This document shows positions 8,765 to 17,508 of a stretch of DNA of 64,000 bases, in pieces. Made by a program: the position numbers and the translations under genes. Position 1 is the stretch's first letter, and each line of letters begins with the position of its first letter. The notes beneath the pieces were generated by a model, which searched no databases, was not told the origin of the DNA, and saw only the letters and a program-made list of their open reading frames with translations. Origin of the DNA: a plasmid. Where the stretch lies: the sequence record NZ_CP014126.2. The stretch is one strand, 5' to 3'.

Positions 8765-9673
8765 GTGATACACGTTTTTGGCCACATCAATCCTGACAGC
8801 GACGCCATCTGCACGGCCTTCGTCACCGCGCACTGGCTGACCGGGCGCGGCATGGACGCCCGCGCATGGCGTCTTGGCGAAGCTAACCGCGAAACCCATT
8901 TTATCTTTGACACCGCCGGACTCACGCTGCCGCCACGGCTTGATATTCCGCTACAGGATGAACGGGTCTGGCTGGTCGATTTCACCGAGCCGGCGCAGGG
9001 ACCTGACGACCTGCTCCGGAGCAACATCGTGGGGATCACTGACCACCACCGGCTGGGCGGACTGATAACGCAACTGCCGCCGGAGGTACACATACGCCCG
9101 CTTGGCAGCAGCGCCACGCTGCTGTGGCTGCTTATGAACGCTGAAGCGCGACGCACGCTGCCCCCGACGCTTGCCATTCTTCTGCTGGGTGCACTCCTGA
9201 GCGACACCGTGAATCTTCGCTCGCCCACCACGACCGAAGACGATATCCGTTCGGCTACCGAGCTGGGCGTACTGTCCGGCGTAAACCGCAGAGCCTTCGC
9301 CCGTGACCTCCTTACGGCAAAAACTGACGTCAGCGGCCTCAGCGCACAGCTGCTGCTGGACAGGGACCTCAAGGCCTTCGTCATTGCCGGCACTGACGTG
9401 CGCATCGCCCAGATTGAGGTCAGCTCCCCGTCACAGGTTGCCACCGTGATGGACGACCTGCTCGCTGCCCTGGCGTATCTGGCAGACCAGTCGGGTGCTG
9501 GTTTGGCGGTGCTGATGCTGACCGACATCCGGGCCGGGTTTTCAACGCTTTATTTCGCCGGGCGGGAGAGCGTTAACGCGGCCTCCTGCTCCGTACCGGG
9601 TATGCTCAGCCGCAAAAAACAGCTTCTGCCGTGGCTTGAGTCCCGCCTCAACCAGAACGGGAGTTCATTATGA
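8765..9673 (+). CDS. ppaC: DHH-family, family II (Mn-dependent) inorganic pyrophosphatase
   Basis: N-terminus (M)IHVFGHINPDSDAIC is DHH motif I. DHH motif: GITDHHRLG. The C-terminus SRKKQLLPWL matches the PpaC C-terminal signature. GTG start follows a GGGGAGAG RBS. Confidence 0.8.
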   Translation: MIHVFGHINPDSDAICTAFVTAHWLTGRGMDARAWRLGEANRETHFIFDTAGLTLPPRLDIPLQDERVWLVDFTEPAQGPDDLLRSNIVGITDHHRLGGLITQLPPEVHIRPLGSSATLLWLLMNAEARRTLPPTLAILLLGALLSDTVNLRSPTTTEDDIRSATELGVLSGVNRRAFARDLLTAKTDVSGLSAQLLLDRDLKAFVIAGTDVRIAQIEVSSPSQVATVMDDLLAALAYLADQSGAGLAVLMLTDIRAGFSTLYFAGRESVNAASCSVPGMLSRKKQLLPWLESRLNQNGSSL

Positions 9674-10095
9674 CCTGCTACACCCATGCATTGATACTTG
9701 TGAACGATAAAGACGACGGCACCCTCCTGCTGAAGCGGGCGGTCGCGCTGGCGCAGCCGCTCGGCATGAAAATCACCCTGGCCCACATCAGCGACGACTA
9801 CCGGGAAATGAACTACGTGTCCGACAGCCTGATGGACGACGTCGTGTCGGAAGAGGTGCTGAAATCCAAAGCGTTTATGAGCGAGCTGGCGGCCTCCGTG
9901 CCTGAGACGGTAGACATGCGGGAGCTGGTGACCATGCGCCGCTTTGAGGACGTGGAGAAGTGCATCGCTGAGCTGGGCGTGGACCTCGTGCTTGCCGGGC
10001 ACCGAAACCGCTTTATGGGAATGCTGACGTCCCGCTCGGCGGAATACATTAACCACCTCACGGTGGATGTGCTTATCACTCACCTGAATGACTGA
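9670..10095 (+). CDS. universal stress protein (UspA family)
   Basis: 141 aa. HAL(I)LVNDKDDG...LAHISDD...GVDLVLAGHRNRF...VDVLITH resembles the Usp ATP-binding fold pattern. Overlaps the ppaC stop. Confidence 0.7.
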   Translation: MTCYTHALILVNDKDDGTLLLKRAVALAQPLGMKITLAHISDDYREMNYVSDSLMDDVVSEEVLKSKAFMSELAASVPETVDMRELVTMRRFEDVEKCIAELGVDLVLAGHRNRFMGMLTSRSAEYINHLTVDVLITHLND

Positions 10096-10110
10096 ACCGG
10101 GAGAAACTCT

Positions 10111-11400
10111 ATGCGCTTTACACTGGATAACGTGACCGCCCGTGAAATTCTTGACTCTCGCGGCAACCCCACCGTTGAAGTCGAAGCCCGGACCGTGGAC
10201 GGAATGATGGCGCGGGCCTCGGTGCCTTCCGGGGCCAGCACCGGCTCGCGCGAGGCCGCTGAGCGCCGCGACGGCGACGTACACCGTTTTGGCGGTAAAG
10301 GCGTACTGGATGCTGTCAGGACGGTTAATACGGAAATCTGCGAAGCCTTGCGCGGCAGGGACGTGCGCGAGCAGCGTCAGCTGGATAACATCATGCTGGC
10401 GCTGGACGGTACGCAGAGCAAGAGTCGGCTGGGTGCCAATGCCATTCTGGGCGTGTCGCTGGCGGTTGCCCGGCTGGCGGCACAGGCCTCGCACGAGCCG
10501 CTCTGGCGCTACCTGGGGGGCCTGCAGGCGAACCTGCTGCCCGTACCGTGCATGAACATTATCAACGGCGGCGTGCACGCCCGCGGTCAGGGCGCGGACT
10601 TTCAGGAGTTCATGATAGCGCCACACGGGGCACCCACGCTGCGCGAGGCCGTGCGTCAGGGCAGCGAGGTCTACCAGGCGCTGCGCCAGATCCTGCTGGA
10701 CAAGAACCTGTCCGCGGCAGTCGGCGACGAAGGCGGTTTTGCGCCCGCCGTATCGTCGAACCGCGACCCGCTGGCGTTTATCGTGCAGGCCATTGAGAAG
10801 GCGGGGTACAGGCCCGGAGAAGACATCAGCATCTGCATGGACCCTGCCTCAAGTGAGTTTTTCGCAGACGGAAAATATCATCTGCGCACGGAGGGCAGTG
10901 CGCTGAGCGCGGCGGAAATGACGGCGTACTACGGCGAGCTGATGGACCAGTTTCCCGTCATTCTGCTGGAAGACGGCCTGGCAGAAGATGACTGGTCGGG
11001 CTGGAAGCATCTGCACCAGCAGCTTGCGGGCAGGGCCGAGCTGGTTGGTGACGACCTGTTTGTCACCAACGTGAAGTACATCCAGCGCGGCATTGACGAA
11101 AACCTCGCCAGCGCCGCATTGATTAAACTCAATCAGATAGGCTCGCTTAGCGAAACGCTGGACGCCGTGGCGCTCTGCCAGCGGCACGGGTGGGGCGCGT
11201 TCATGTCCCACCGCAGTGGGGAAACGACGGACACATTTCTTGCCGACCTCACGGTAGCCCTGCGCGCGGGACACCTGAAAACCGGTGCGCCGTGCCGCGG
11301 CGAACGCGTGGAAAAGTACAACCAGCTGATGCGCATTGAGCAGGCGCTGGGTGAGGACGCTCACTATGCGGGGCTTCATGCGTTTGTGCGCCGCACGTAA
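10111..11400 (+). CDS. eno: enolase (phosphopyruvate hydratase)
   Basis: 429 aa. N-terminus (V)TAREILDSRGNPTVEVEARTVDG; SHRSGETTDTFLADL catalytic region; IKLNQIGSLSETLDAV signature. Confidence 0.9.
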   Translation: MRFTLDNVTAREILDSRGNPTVEVEARTVDGMMARASVPSGASTGSREAAERRDGDVHRFGGKGVLDAVRTVNTEICEALRGRDVREQRQLDNIMLALDGTQSKSRLGANAILGVSLAVARLAAQASHEPLWRYLGGLQANLLPVPCMNIINGGVHARGQGADFQEFMIAPHGAPTLREAVRQGSEVYQALRQILLDKNLSAAVGDEGGFAPAVSSNRDPLAFIVQAIEKAGYRPGEDISICMDPASSEFFADGKYHLRTEGSALSAAEMTAYYGELMDQFPVILLEDGLAEDDWSGWKHLHQQLAGRAELVGDDLFVTNVKYIQRGIDENLASAALIKLNQIGSLSETLDAVALCQRHGWGAFMSHRSGETTDTFLADLTVALRAGHLKTGAPCRGERVEKYNQLMRIEQALGEDAHYAGLHAFVRRT

Positions 11401-11443
11401 CAGATCCACCGGACGGCCAGCGGCCGGCACAGGAGCACAGTCT

Positions 11444-12145
11444 TTGGCACCTTCAACGCTGATTCTCCTGCGCCATGGCGAAAGCCAGTGGAACCGGGAA
11501 AACCGTTTTACCGGATGGACAGACGTGCCGCTGACGGACCGGGGGCGGCAGGAGGCTGACCGGGCCGGTGACGTGCTGCGGGACGCGGGCCTGCTGCCCG
11601 ATCGGGTCTTCACCTCGGTGATGACGCGCTGTGTTCACACGGTCTGGCGGGTGCTGGACCGTCTTGGCCGCAGCTGGACGCCCGTGGACAAACACTGGCG
11701 GCTGAACGAGCGGCACTACGGTGCGCTGCAGGGGCTGAACAAGGAAGCGGCTGCCCGGATGATGGGTGCAGAGACCGTCCGGCTCTGGCGCAAAAGCTTC
11801 AGCGGCATTCCCCCCGCGGACGCAGGGGCTCCGGCGCAGCTGCGTCGGGACCCGCGCTACAGCCGCGTTGCGCTGGCCGACCTGCCTGCGACGGAAAGCC
11901 TGGAAATGACGCTGCGTCGCGTCATGCCCTACTGGCAGCACGCCGTGATGCCGCAGATACTCTGCGGAAGTACCGTTCTGGTCGTGGCGCACGGCAACAC
12001 GCTGCGCGCCCTGGCCGCCTTCCTGGACGGCATGCCACACGACAGCTTGGCACAGTTGCATATCCCGACCGGCGTGCCGGCCGTATACCAGATGGATGCG
12101 GCCGCACAGGTCGTTTCCCGTTATGTTCTGAATATAAAAAAATAA
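11444..12145 (+). CDS. gpmA: 2,3-bisphosphoglycerate-dependent phosphoglycerate mutase
   Basis: LILLRHGESQWNRENRFTGWTDVPLT is the histidine-phosphatase RHGE motif. The probable start is TTG at 11444, 8 nt after AGGAG. The track ORF (from 11336) overlaps the eno 3' end and is probably over-extended. Confidence 0.75.
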   Translation: MAPSTLILLRHGESQWNRENRFTGWTDVPLTDRGRQEADRAGDVLRDAGLLPDRVFTSVMTRCVHTVWRVLDRLGRSWTPVDKHWRLNERHYGALQGLNKEAAARMMGAETVRLWRKSFSGIPPADAGAPAQLRRDPRYSRVALADLPATESLEMTLRRVMPYWQHAVMPQILCGSTVLVVAHGNTLRALAAFLDGMPHDSLAQLHIPTGVPAVYQMDAAAQVVSRYVLNIKK

Positions 12146-12150
12146 AAGGA

Positions 12151-12531
12151 GTGAACGTGAATCAGCTTTTTGCTGTCATCACCGGCGGTGCTTTAGGGTG
12201 TGTTATCCGCTGGCAGCTGGGCGCGCGCCTGAACGCGCTTTTTCCGGACCTGCCGCCGGGGACGCTGCTGGTCAACCTGCTGGGAGGGTTTATCATCGGA
12301 GCGGCGCTGGCGTATTTTCTGCGCCATCCCGGCCTCGATCCGGCCTGGCGGCTGCTCATTACCACCGGGCTGTGTGGCGGAATGACGACCTTCTCCACGT
12401 TCTCGGCTGAGGTTTTTGCCCTGCTGCAGTCCGGCAGCTATGCCTGGGCAGCCGCCTCGGTGCTGATACACGTGCTGGGTTCGCTGGCCATGACGGCGGC
12501 CGGATTTTATATCATGACGCTGTGTGGTTAA
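12151..12531 (+). CDS. crcB: CrcB/Fluc fluoride ion channel
   Basis: 126 aa with four transmembrane segments and the GGxTTFSTF signature (CGGMTTFSTFSAE). GTG start follows AGGAG. Confidence 0.85.
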   Translation: MNVNQLFAVITGGALGCVIRWQLGARLNALFPDLPPGTLLVNLLGGFIIGAALAYFLRHPGLDPAWRLLITTGLCGGMTTFSTFSAEVFALLQSGSYAWAAASVLIHVLGSLAMTAAGFYIMTLCG

Positions 12532-12546
12532 CCCGAGGGAGACCTT

Positions 12547-12566
12547 AGTGCAGTGACCGCTGCACT
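12547..12566 (+). terminator. stem-loop (agtgcag-N6-ctgcact) immediately 3' of crcB
   Basis: 7-bp inverted repeat 16 nt after the crcB stop. Confidence 0.4.
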
Positions 12567-12664
12567 GAGGTATATTGTTCAGAAGCGCTCTCTGCAGGCC
12601 AGACCTGACAGGGTTTACGCTTGTAATGCTTCCCGTACACCTGAGGCGCTGCTGTGAAAGAATT

Positions 12665-13078
12665 TCAGGCCTGCCTGTTCTGGTAAAGGTCCCAGCGATT
12701 GCCGTAGATGTCCTCAAATACGACAACCATTCCGTATTCTTCCTCCCGTGGCTCCTGAAAGAAGTGGACGCCTTTTGCCTTCATAGCATTGTAGTCGCGC
12801 CAGAAGTCGTCGGTCTGCAGGAACAGAAAAACCCGTCCGCCGCACTGATTGCCGATAAAGCCTTCCTGCCGGTCGTTCGACGCGCGGGCAAGAAGAATAG
12901 CACAGTCGCTGTCAGGGGCCGGCGTCACCACGACCCAGCGCTTACCCGGCTGCGGCGTGTCTTCAATGAGGGTAAAGCCCAGCTTATCGGTGTAGTACTC
13001 AATTGCACGATCGTAGTCATCGACCACGACCGCCACGTATCCCATACATCGCTTCTGTTTTCTCATCTGCTGCTCCAT
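12665..13078 (-). CDS. VOC-family (glyoxalase / bleomycin-resistance fold) protein
   Basis: MGYVAVVVDDYDRAIEYYTDKLGFTLIED...ILLARA...GRVFLFLQTDDFWRDYNAMKAKGVHF is typical of a paired betaalphabetabetabeta module. Confidence 0.65.
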   Translation of the reverse strand: MEQQMRKQKRCMGYVAVVVDDYDRAIEYYTDKLGFTLIEDTPQPGKRWVVVTPAPDSDCAILLARASNDRQEGFIGNQCGGRVFLFLQTDDFWRDYNAMKAKGVHFFQEPREEEYGMVVVFEDIYGNRWDLYQNRQA

Positions 13079-13191
13079 CAGTTACGGCATTACGCCCGTT
13101 ATAATCAGCTTTATATCAAATACGGCGTTCAGTTATCTGTACTGATTCTGCACTGATACCCTCAGACCTGACATTGTAAGCATCTGAGCAG

Positions 13192-15363
13192 TCAGGATTG
13201 TGGGCCCAATCTTGTAAGAGCCTGCTCAACCTTTTCAGCATCCTGCTCCAGTATGGCTCTCTCATCGGGAGTGAGCGGGACCTCTTCGAGGTAACGCCGG
13301 ATGGATGCTTTACTCTCCAGTATCAGCCCGCGCGCGCTATCCTTCAGCAGGTTAAAATCGCAGCCGATGCAGGCCATCCGGTGCGGGCAACTGCTCCAGA
13401 AGGGGTTCGTACAGTATGAGTCGCCCAGATCGTAGTAGGTCGCGGGCCCGGACAGGCTGGCGGCTTCAGGATCGTGGTCAACCAGCACGCTTATCATATG
13501 AGCGACCCTGTCGGCTTTGACGAACGAGGCAGCCAGCTGAGTCGGGCGGATGCGAAGATAGTGCATTGTAGACTGGGGCGTTGAATGGCCCGTCCACTGC
13601 ATCAGTTCGTACAGCGACATGCCCTGCGGTACGCTCGCCAGCGCGGTCACGGCTGAGGCCCGCCCCCGGTGGCTGGTTATCATTCCGCCACTGTCTTCAC
13701 AAGGCACGCCCGCTCTTGCGCATAGCATCGGTATCACGGTGCGGTTGAGGATAGCGCTGCCGGCAGGCTTACCCCGGTACTGAAACAGAAGCCGGACTTT
13801 CTCACCGGTTCGCTCGTCAGCGAGCAAAGCCTGTTCTGCCGGACGCTCATCCAGCCATATGTCGACGTATTTTTTCACCACGGCCGCCACCGGTTTAACA
13901 AAGGCTTTTGAGGTTTTTCCGGCAGGGATATGCAGGTAACACAGGGTTCCTGCCGGGATGATACTTCCGTCGTCCTTCACGATATCGTCCGCCTGCGGCG
14001 CGATGCACCCGGTTGTCAGGCGGAGCAGTTCGTTCTTTCTTACCCCCGCATGGGTCCAGATGACGGCCATTGCCTGCAGCATGGCCAGTGGATAATGTAT
14101 TTCAGTGAGCAGATCTTCCTGACGCAGATTGAGGCTGGCCCAGATGAGCTTCAGCCAGACCGGATCGTCAATAACACGGGGATTGACGCCGCGACGGAAC
14201 AGCGGCGTATCCGGTGTGGAAAGATGGCGGGCAGGGCTGAAGTGCAGGCGCCCCCAGCCCCAGTTTTCGTAATCAATCATAAAACGGCGCAGAGAATAGA
14301 TAAAATGCGCCCTGGAATGCGGCATCATGGGCTCGCCGGAGCGCACCGATTTGCCGGTGCCCCTTTCCGTGCCCAGCTGAAGCTCATCCACGTTCATCCG
14401 GCCTACCGCCGCAATGAAGCTGGCGCAGGTTTCCATTGTCCAGTCTGCCGGTTCCCGAACCTCCGGATGCTCCTTTTTCAGCCAGAGGCCGCAGCGCAGA
14501 ATAAAGCTGTACTGGCTTTCACGGGTGCGCGGCCTGAGCACCGACGTTTCCCGCCAGCGCCGGCACCAGTGCACCCAGGCCGGATCGACGCCTTCGACCG
14601 GCTTTTCGTACCATTTTTTATAGTTTCGCATCCTCACCGGGGCGCTGATAATCCCCAGTGCGGCAAGTGCATGTGAAACGCGGCCGACGTAACGGGATAT
14701 TCCCTTGTCTGTCCCGCTCTGGGCGCGCCAGAGGAGTTCAGGCGTAAACGTTTCAAGCCGGGGATCCCTGTTCATGATCATCAGTGTTGCCAGTATACCC
14801 GAGACATGATTTTTCTGGCTGGTCGGGGCATAACCCAGCGACGTCAGCGTATCAGTCAGCCGGTCCAGCTCCTGGTGATAAAAAGCCTGGCCGAAGATGG
14901 CAGAAGCATAGAGCGCGGGTTTACGTATATCAGGCAGGCTGAGCGGGTCATGCAAATCAGCCAGATGCCAGGCAAAAGCGGCCATTAACGGACGGCCCTC
15001 CCTGACTTCCCGGCACAGCGTCAGCCAGCGTTCCTGCGGCCAGCACCAGCAGGGCATGCCGTCTGCATGCATTTCGCGCAGCAATCCGGCTATCACCAGC
15101 CCCGTGATTTTGCTGCCGCATCCGCTTCCGGCGGCAATGTCCATCAGCGGCCTGATGAGGTCCGGCACCGGCTTCGTTCGCAGCATACGGGACCGGCTGT
15201 GAGCGCTGCTCAGTGCCGTCCGTTCAGCGAGGGTCAGTGACGCCTCAAGCCGGTATTCAGTCATGTCGAACGGATGCCGGCTGTTTTCAATCGGTGTGTG
15301 TGGGCTCATGTTATTTCTCTGTTCTGAAAATGAGGTTCGCCATCCTGATATCTGCCGTTTCAA
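13192..15363 (-). CDS. large tyrosine recombinase (723 aa) with a long N-terminal extension
   Basis: The C-terminus carries ...ITSHRGRASAVTALA... (HxxR) and ...GHSTPQSTMHYLRI (H...Y nucleophile). It overlaps the upstream small recombinase gene by 53 nt, which suggests an operon. Confidence 0.7.
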   Translation of the reverse strand: MKRQISGWRTSFSEQRNNMSPHTPIENSRHPFDMTEYRLEASLTLAERTALSSAHSRSRMLRTKPVPDLIRPLMDIAAGSGCGSKITGLVIAGLLREMHADGMPCWCWPQERWLTLCREVREGRPLMAAFAWHLADLHDPLSLPDIRKPALYASAIFGQAFYHQELDRLTDTLTSLGYAPTSQKNHVSGILATLMIMNRDPRLETFTPELLWRAQSGTDKGISRYVGRVSHALAALGIISAPVRMRNYKKWYEKPVEGVDPAWVHWCRRWRETSVLRPRTRESQYSFILRCGLWLKKEHPEVREPADWTMETCASFIAAVGRMNVDELQLGTERGTGKSVRSGEPMMPHSRAHFIYSLRRFMIDYENWGWGRLHFSPARHLSTPDTPLFRRGVNPRVIDDPVWLKLIWASLNLRQEDLLTEIHYPLAMLQAMAVIWTHAGVRKNELLRLTTGCIAPQADDIVKDDGSIIPAGTLCYLHIPAGKTSKAFVKPVAAVVKKYVDIWLDERPAEQALLADERTGEKVRLLFQYRGKPAGSAILNRTVIPMLCARAGVPCEDSGGMITSHRGRASAVTALASVPQGMSLYELMQWTGHSTPQSTMHYLRIRPTQLAASFVKADRVAHMISVLVDHDPEAASLSGPATYYDLGDSYCTNPFWSSCPHRMACIGCDFNLLKDSARGLILESKASIRRYLEEVPLTPDERAILEQDAEKVEQALTRLGPQS

Positions 15364-16312
15364 TCGCGCCAGCCATCCGGGCAGCCAGGTCCCTGCCAGA
15401 AAGATGAATATAAATCTGTGTTGTGGTCAGGTCGCGGTGTCCTGCATAGGTGGCAAGTTCGTGCAACTTCCAGCCCGCGCGGGCAAGGTGTGTGAGTCGC
15501 AGGTGCCGGAAGGTATGGGTTGAGATGTCCGGCATCCCAGACTCAAGCGCCCATTTCCGTACCGTTTTGCTCCAGGTCCAGAATGAAAGCGGCCCGCCCT
15601 GATTACGATCGGACTCAGAACGGAACAGGGCACCTCTTACGATTCCGGTCCGCTTCATCTGCATAAGGTGCGCGGCCAGCACTGGCACTACTGCCGGGCT
15701 GTAACAGACAATTCGTTCACGCCGGCTCTTGGTGGTTTCTGCCCGGATGCGGATGAGCCGGTGAGCAAAGTCGAAGTCGTCAATACTTAGCGAGGTAATT
15801 TCAGACCGACGCAGCGCGCCGTAATAGGTTAATGCCAGCATCAGGCGGTCACGCAGTGGGGAAGCGGCGGCATGATAAAGAAAACACTGCCACTGCGCAT
15901 CGTCAGGAATGCGCGGCAGCTTTACAACGCGGGGAACCAGTCCCCGGCCGGAACTCAGCATGCCGGGCGTGCCGGATCGGGGCAGCGGATTGACCGTGCA
16001 AAGATCCAGGTACATGAGAAAGTCATACCAGAGGCGGATCGCCGACAGGCGAAGCTGGAGCGTGGCGCTGGCCGCGGAAAAAGGCATCCCGGGTAACTGA
16101 GGACTAATATAGGCAGCCAGGTCTTCAAACCGCGCCTTTTCAGGTTTAATTCCGTTCTGGCTGCAGAACGCAAAGTAATGACGGAGGGCATTGCGGTAGG
16201 CTGTTAGCGTGGCCTGCGCCCGCCCCAGATCGGATAACAGTTGCAGCCAGCGCTCTGCCAGCAACAGAACGTGTTCACTCGGTGGAATCAGCATTGCATT
16301 CTCCTCTGACAA
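15311..16312 (-). CDS. tyrosine recombinase, XerD-like (333 aa)
   Basis: C-terminus HTFRHLRLTHLARAG...LATYAGHRDLTTTQIYIHL gives the complete R..HxxR..H/Y catalytic set. It is the first gene inside the right end of the element. Confidence 0.8.
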   Translation of the reverse strand: MSEENAMLIPPSEHVLLLAERWLQLLSDLGRAQATLTAYRNALRHYFAFCSQNGIKPEKARFEDLAAYISPQLPGMPFSAASATLQLRLSAIRLWYDFLMYLDLCTVNPLPRSGTPGMLSSGRGLVPRVVKLPRIPDDAQWQCFLYHAAASPLRDRLMLALTYYGALRRSEITSLSIDDFDFAHRLIRIRAETTKSRRERIVCYSPAVVPVLAAHLMQMKRTGIVRGALFRSESDRNQGGPLSFWTWSKTVRKWALESGMPDISTHTFRHLRLTHLARAGWKLHELATYAGHRDLTTTQIYIHLSGRDLAARMAGAIETADIRMANLIFRTEK

Positions 16313-16364
16313 CAGCTTTGCTGTTCAAAGTTTACTCAATCAATGTTGCATTCCACGTAACTTA

Positions 16365-16607
16365 CTAGAGCGCGTAGTTTGAACTAAAGACGTGCACACG
16401 CTCGGCAAAATCCTGATTTTTTATCTGGAACCACGGCGCGCCCATTTTAATGCCCAGCTTTTTTGCGCCGGCGCTGCGCGCGATGATGCAGCCGTCATTG
16501 TTCGACAGGACGACAACGGGCTTACCGCGCAGATCAGGGCGAAACAGTGCTTCGCAGCTGGCATAAAACGAATTGACGTCGGCCAGGCCAAACATTGGCA
16601 TGATCAC
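16365..16607 (-). pseudogene. umuC: umuC 5' fragment (first ~78 codons), fused to element-derived codons
   Basis: MFGLADVNSFYASCEALFRPDLRGKPVVVLSNNDGCIIARSAGAKKLGIKMGAPWF...HVFSSNY aligns with the N-terminus of the intact UmuC (MFALADANNFYASCETVFRPDLRGKPIVVVSNNDGCVIARSAEAKRLGVKMAAPLF...HVFSSNYEL), then ends in AL-stop. It overlaps the umuD stop. Confidence 0.85.
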
Positions 16608-17053
16608 CTCCGGCGGGCTCGGGTACTGTTGAAGAACCAGGTAACCACACCGAGCAGCTGCAGCTCCTCCGGATAAATTACCGGATAGGCCGGGTTCATC
16701 GGCAGCAGTGCGAGCCTGGGCTGCAGCTGCAGACGCTTGACCGTAAATTCGCCGTTAACCTCAGCGATCACTATGTCGCCGTGAGCCGCCTCTTCTGCCC
16801 GGTCAACCACCATGACATCACCATCGCAGAGACCGAGATCCCGCATACTGTTTCCACTGGCGCGCACGAAAAAAGTTGAGGCGCGCCGGCGAATGCAGAG
16901 CTCATTCAGATCGAGTTCTTTCTCAACGTAATCCTGAGCGGGGGAAGGGAAGCCGGCGGCGCAAGGATCAGCATACAGCGGCACCCGGACACGGGGCGTA
17001 AATATGGGTGGCCAGAGCAACGTCAGCCCGGGAGTATAGTTACCCGGATTCAT
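16604..17053 (-). CDS. umuD: UmuD, SOS mutagenesis protein (canonical, self-cleaving type)
   Basis: Cleavage-site region PCAAGFPSPAQDYVE; catalytic Ser in ASGNSM and Lys in EFTVKRLQL, matching UmuD/LexA S24 peptidases. Confidence 0.85.
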   Translation of the reverse strand: MNPGNYTPGLTLLWPPIFTPRVRVPLYADPCAAGFPSPAQDYVEKELDLNELCIRRRASTFFVRASGNSMRDLGLCDGDVMVVDRAEEAAHGDIVIAEVNGEFTVKRLQLQPRLALLPMNPAYPVIYPEELQLLGVVTWFFNSTRARRR

Positions 17054-17131
17054 GACCTGATGCCCAGGCCATACTGCAGCAGTACTGCGGAAACTTTGTT
17101 GAAATTGCGCATAAAATTCCTCCTCTTATTT

Positions 17132-17151
17132 TACTGTTTATATGTACAGTA
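17132..17151. promoter_or_regulatory. LexA (SOS) box TACTGTTTATATGTACAGTA
   Basis: Perfect CTGT-N8-ACAG palindrome 80 nt upstream of minus-strand umuD. Confidence 0.85.
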
Positions 17152-17350
17152 TTATTGAGGTGAATTAATCTGGCAAGAGGGAGCGAAGCGGCCATGTATA
17201 AAAGCGAAGCCATCTGTCTGACAGAATAGGAAATTTTATGAAGGTCAGCCCGGCACTAAGTGGCCCGGCAGCTTTAACAGTAATGCAGAATGTATGTTTG
17301 GTGTGTAAGCAGTTCATGCCGGCATCGGTGAAATGACGCTTCCTCGCCAC

Positions 17351-17389
17351 GGCTGTTCGTTCCTCGCTGCGCTGCGGTACGCCTCAGCC
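17351..17389. repeat. dispersed 39-bp repeat GGCTGTTCGTTCCTCGC..CGCTGCGGTACGCCTCAGCC (copy 1)
   Basis: Near-identical (37/39) to 53807-53845, which lies inside the tra operon. Confidence 0.5.
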
Positions 17390-17508
17390 GGGCCTGCGGC
17401 GAGCGTTACAATTGCACGTTCAGGGAAAGAAATATGCAGCCCTGTTACTCTTCCGGCTTACCTATTCCGGCAACAATACCCAGCTGAGAGATGCGAACCA
17501 TAAAAGCG

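Larger units (their letters stand above)
5413..16372. mobile_element. ~11 kb integrative element inserted in umuC, carrying a fluoride-resistance operon and a two-gene tyrosine-recombinase module
   Basis: It is bounded exactly by the two halves of umuC. The boundaries fall between codons NY(E/A)L and (I)SAR relative to the intact paralogue. GTGGAATGCAA (5425-5435) is inverted at 16346-16356, and TAAGTTAC (5450-5457) is inverted at 16357-16364. Recombinase genes lie at the right end. Confidence 0.75.

Noticed and set aside
8719-10626. Long minus-strand ORFs (8719-9528, 9550-10626, also 10849-11613, 11453-12061, 12193-12726) overlapping ppaC, usp, eno, gpmA and crcB
   Set aside because: High-GC DNA gives open antisense frames. 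The plus-strand genes have strong family signatures and the antisense translations are low-complexity (Ser/Arg/Ala-rich).
13930-14676. Plus-strand 248-aa ORF inside the large recombinase gene
   Set aside because: Antisense to a gene with clear tyrosine-recombinase catalytic motifs; no motif of its own.
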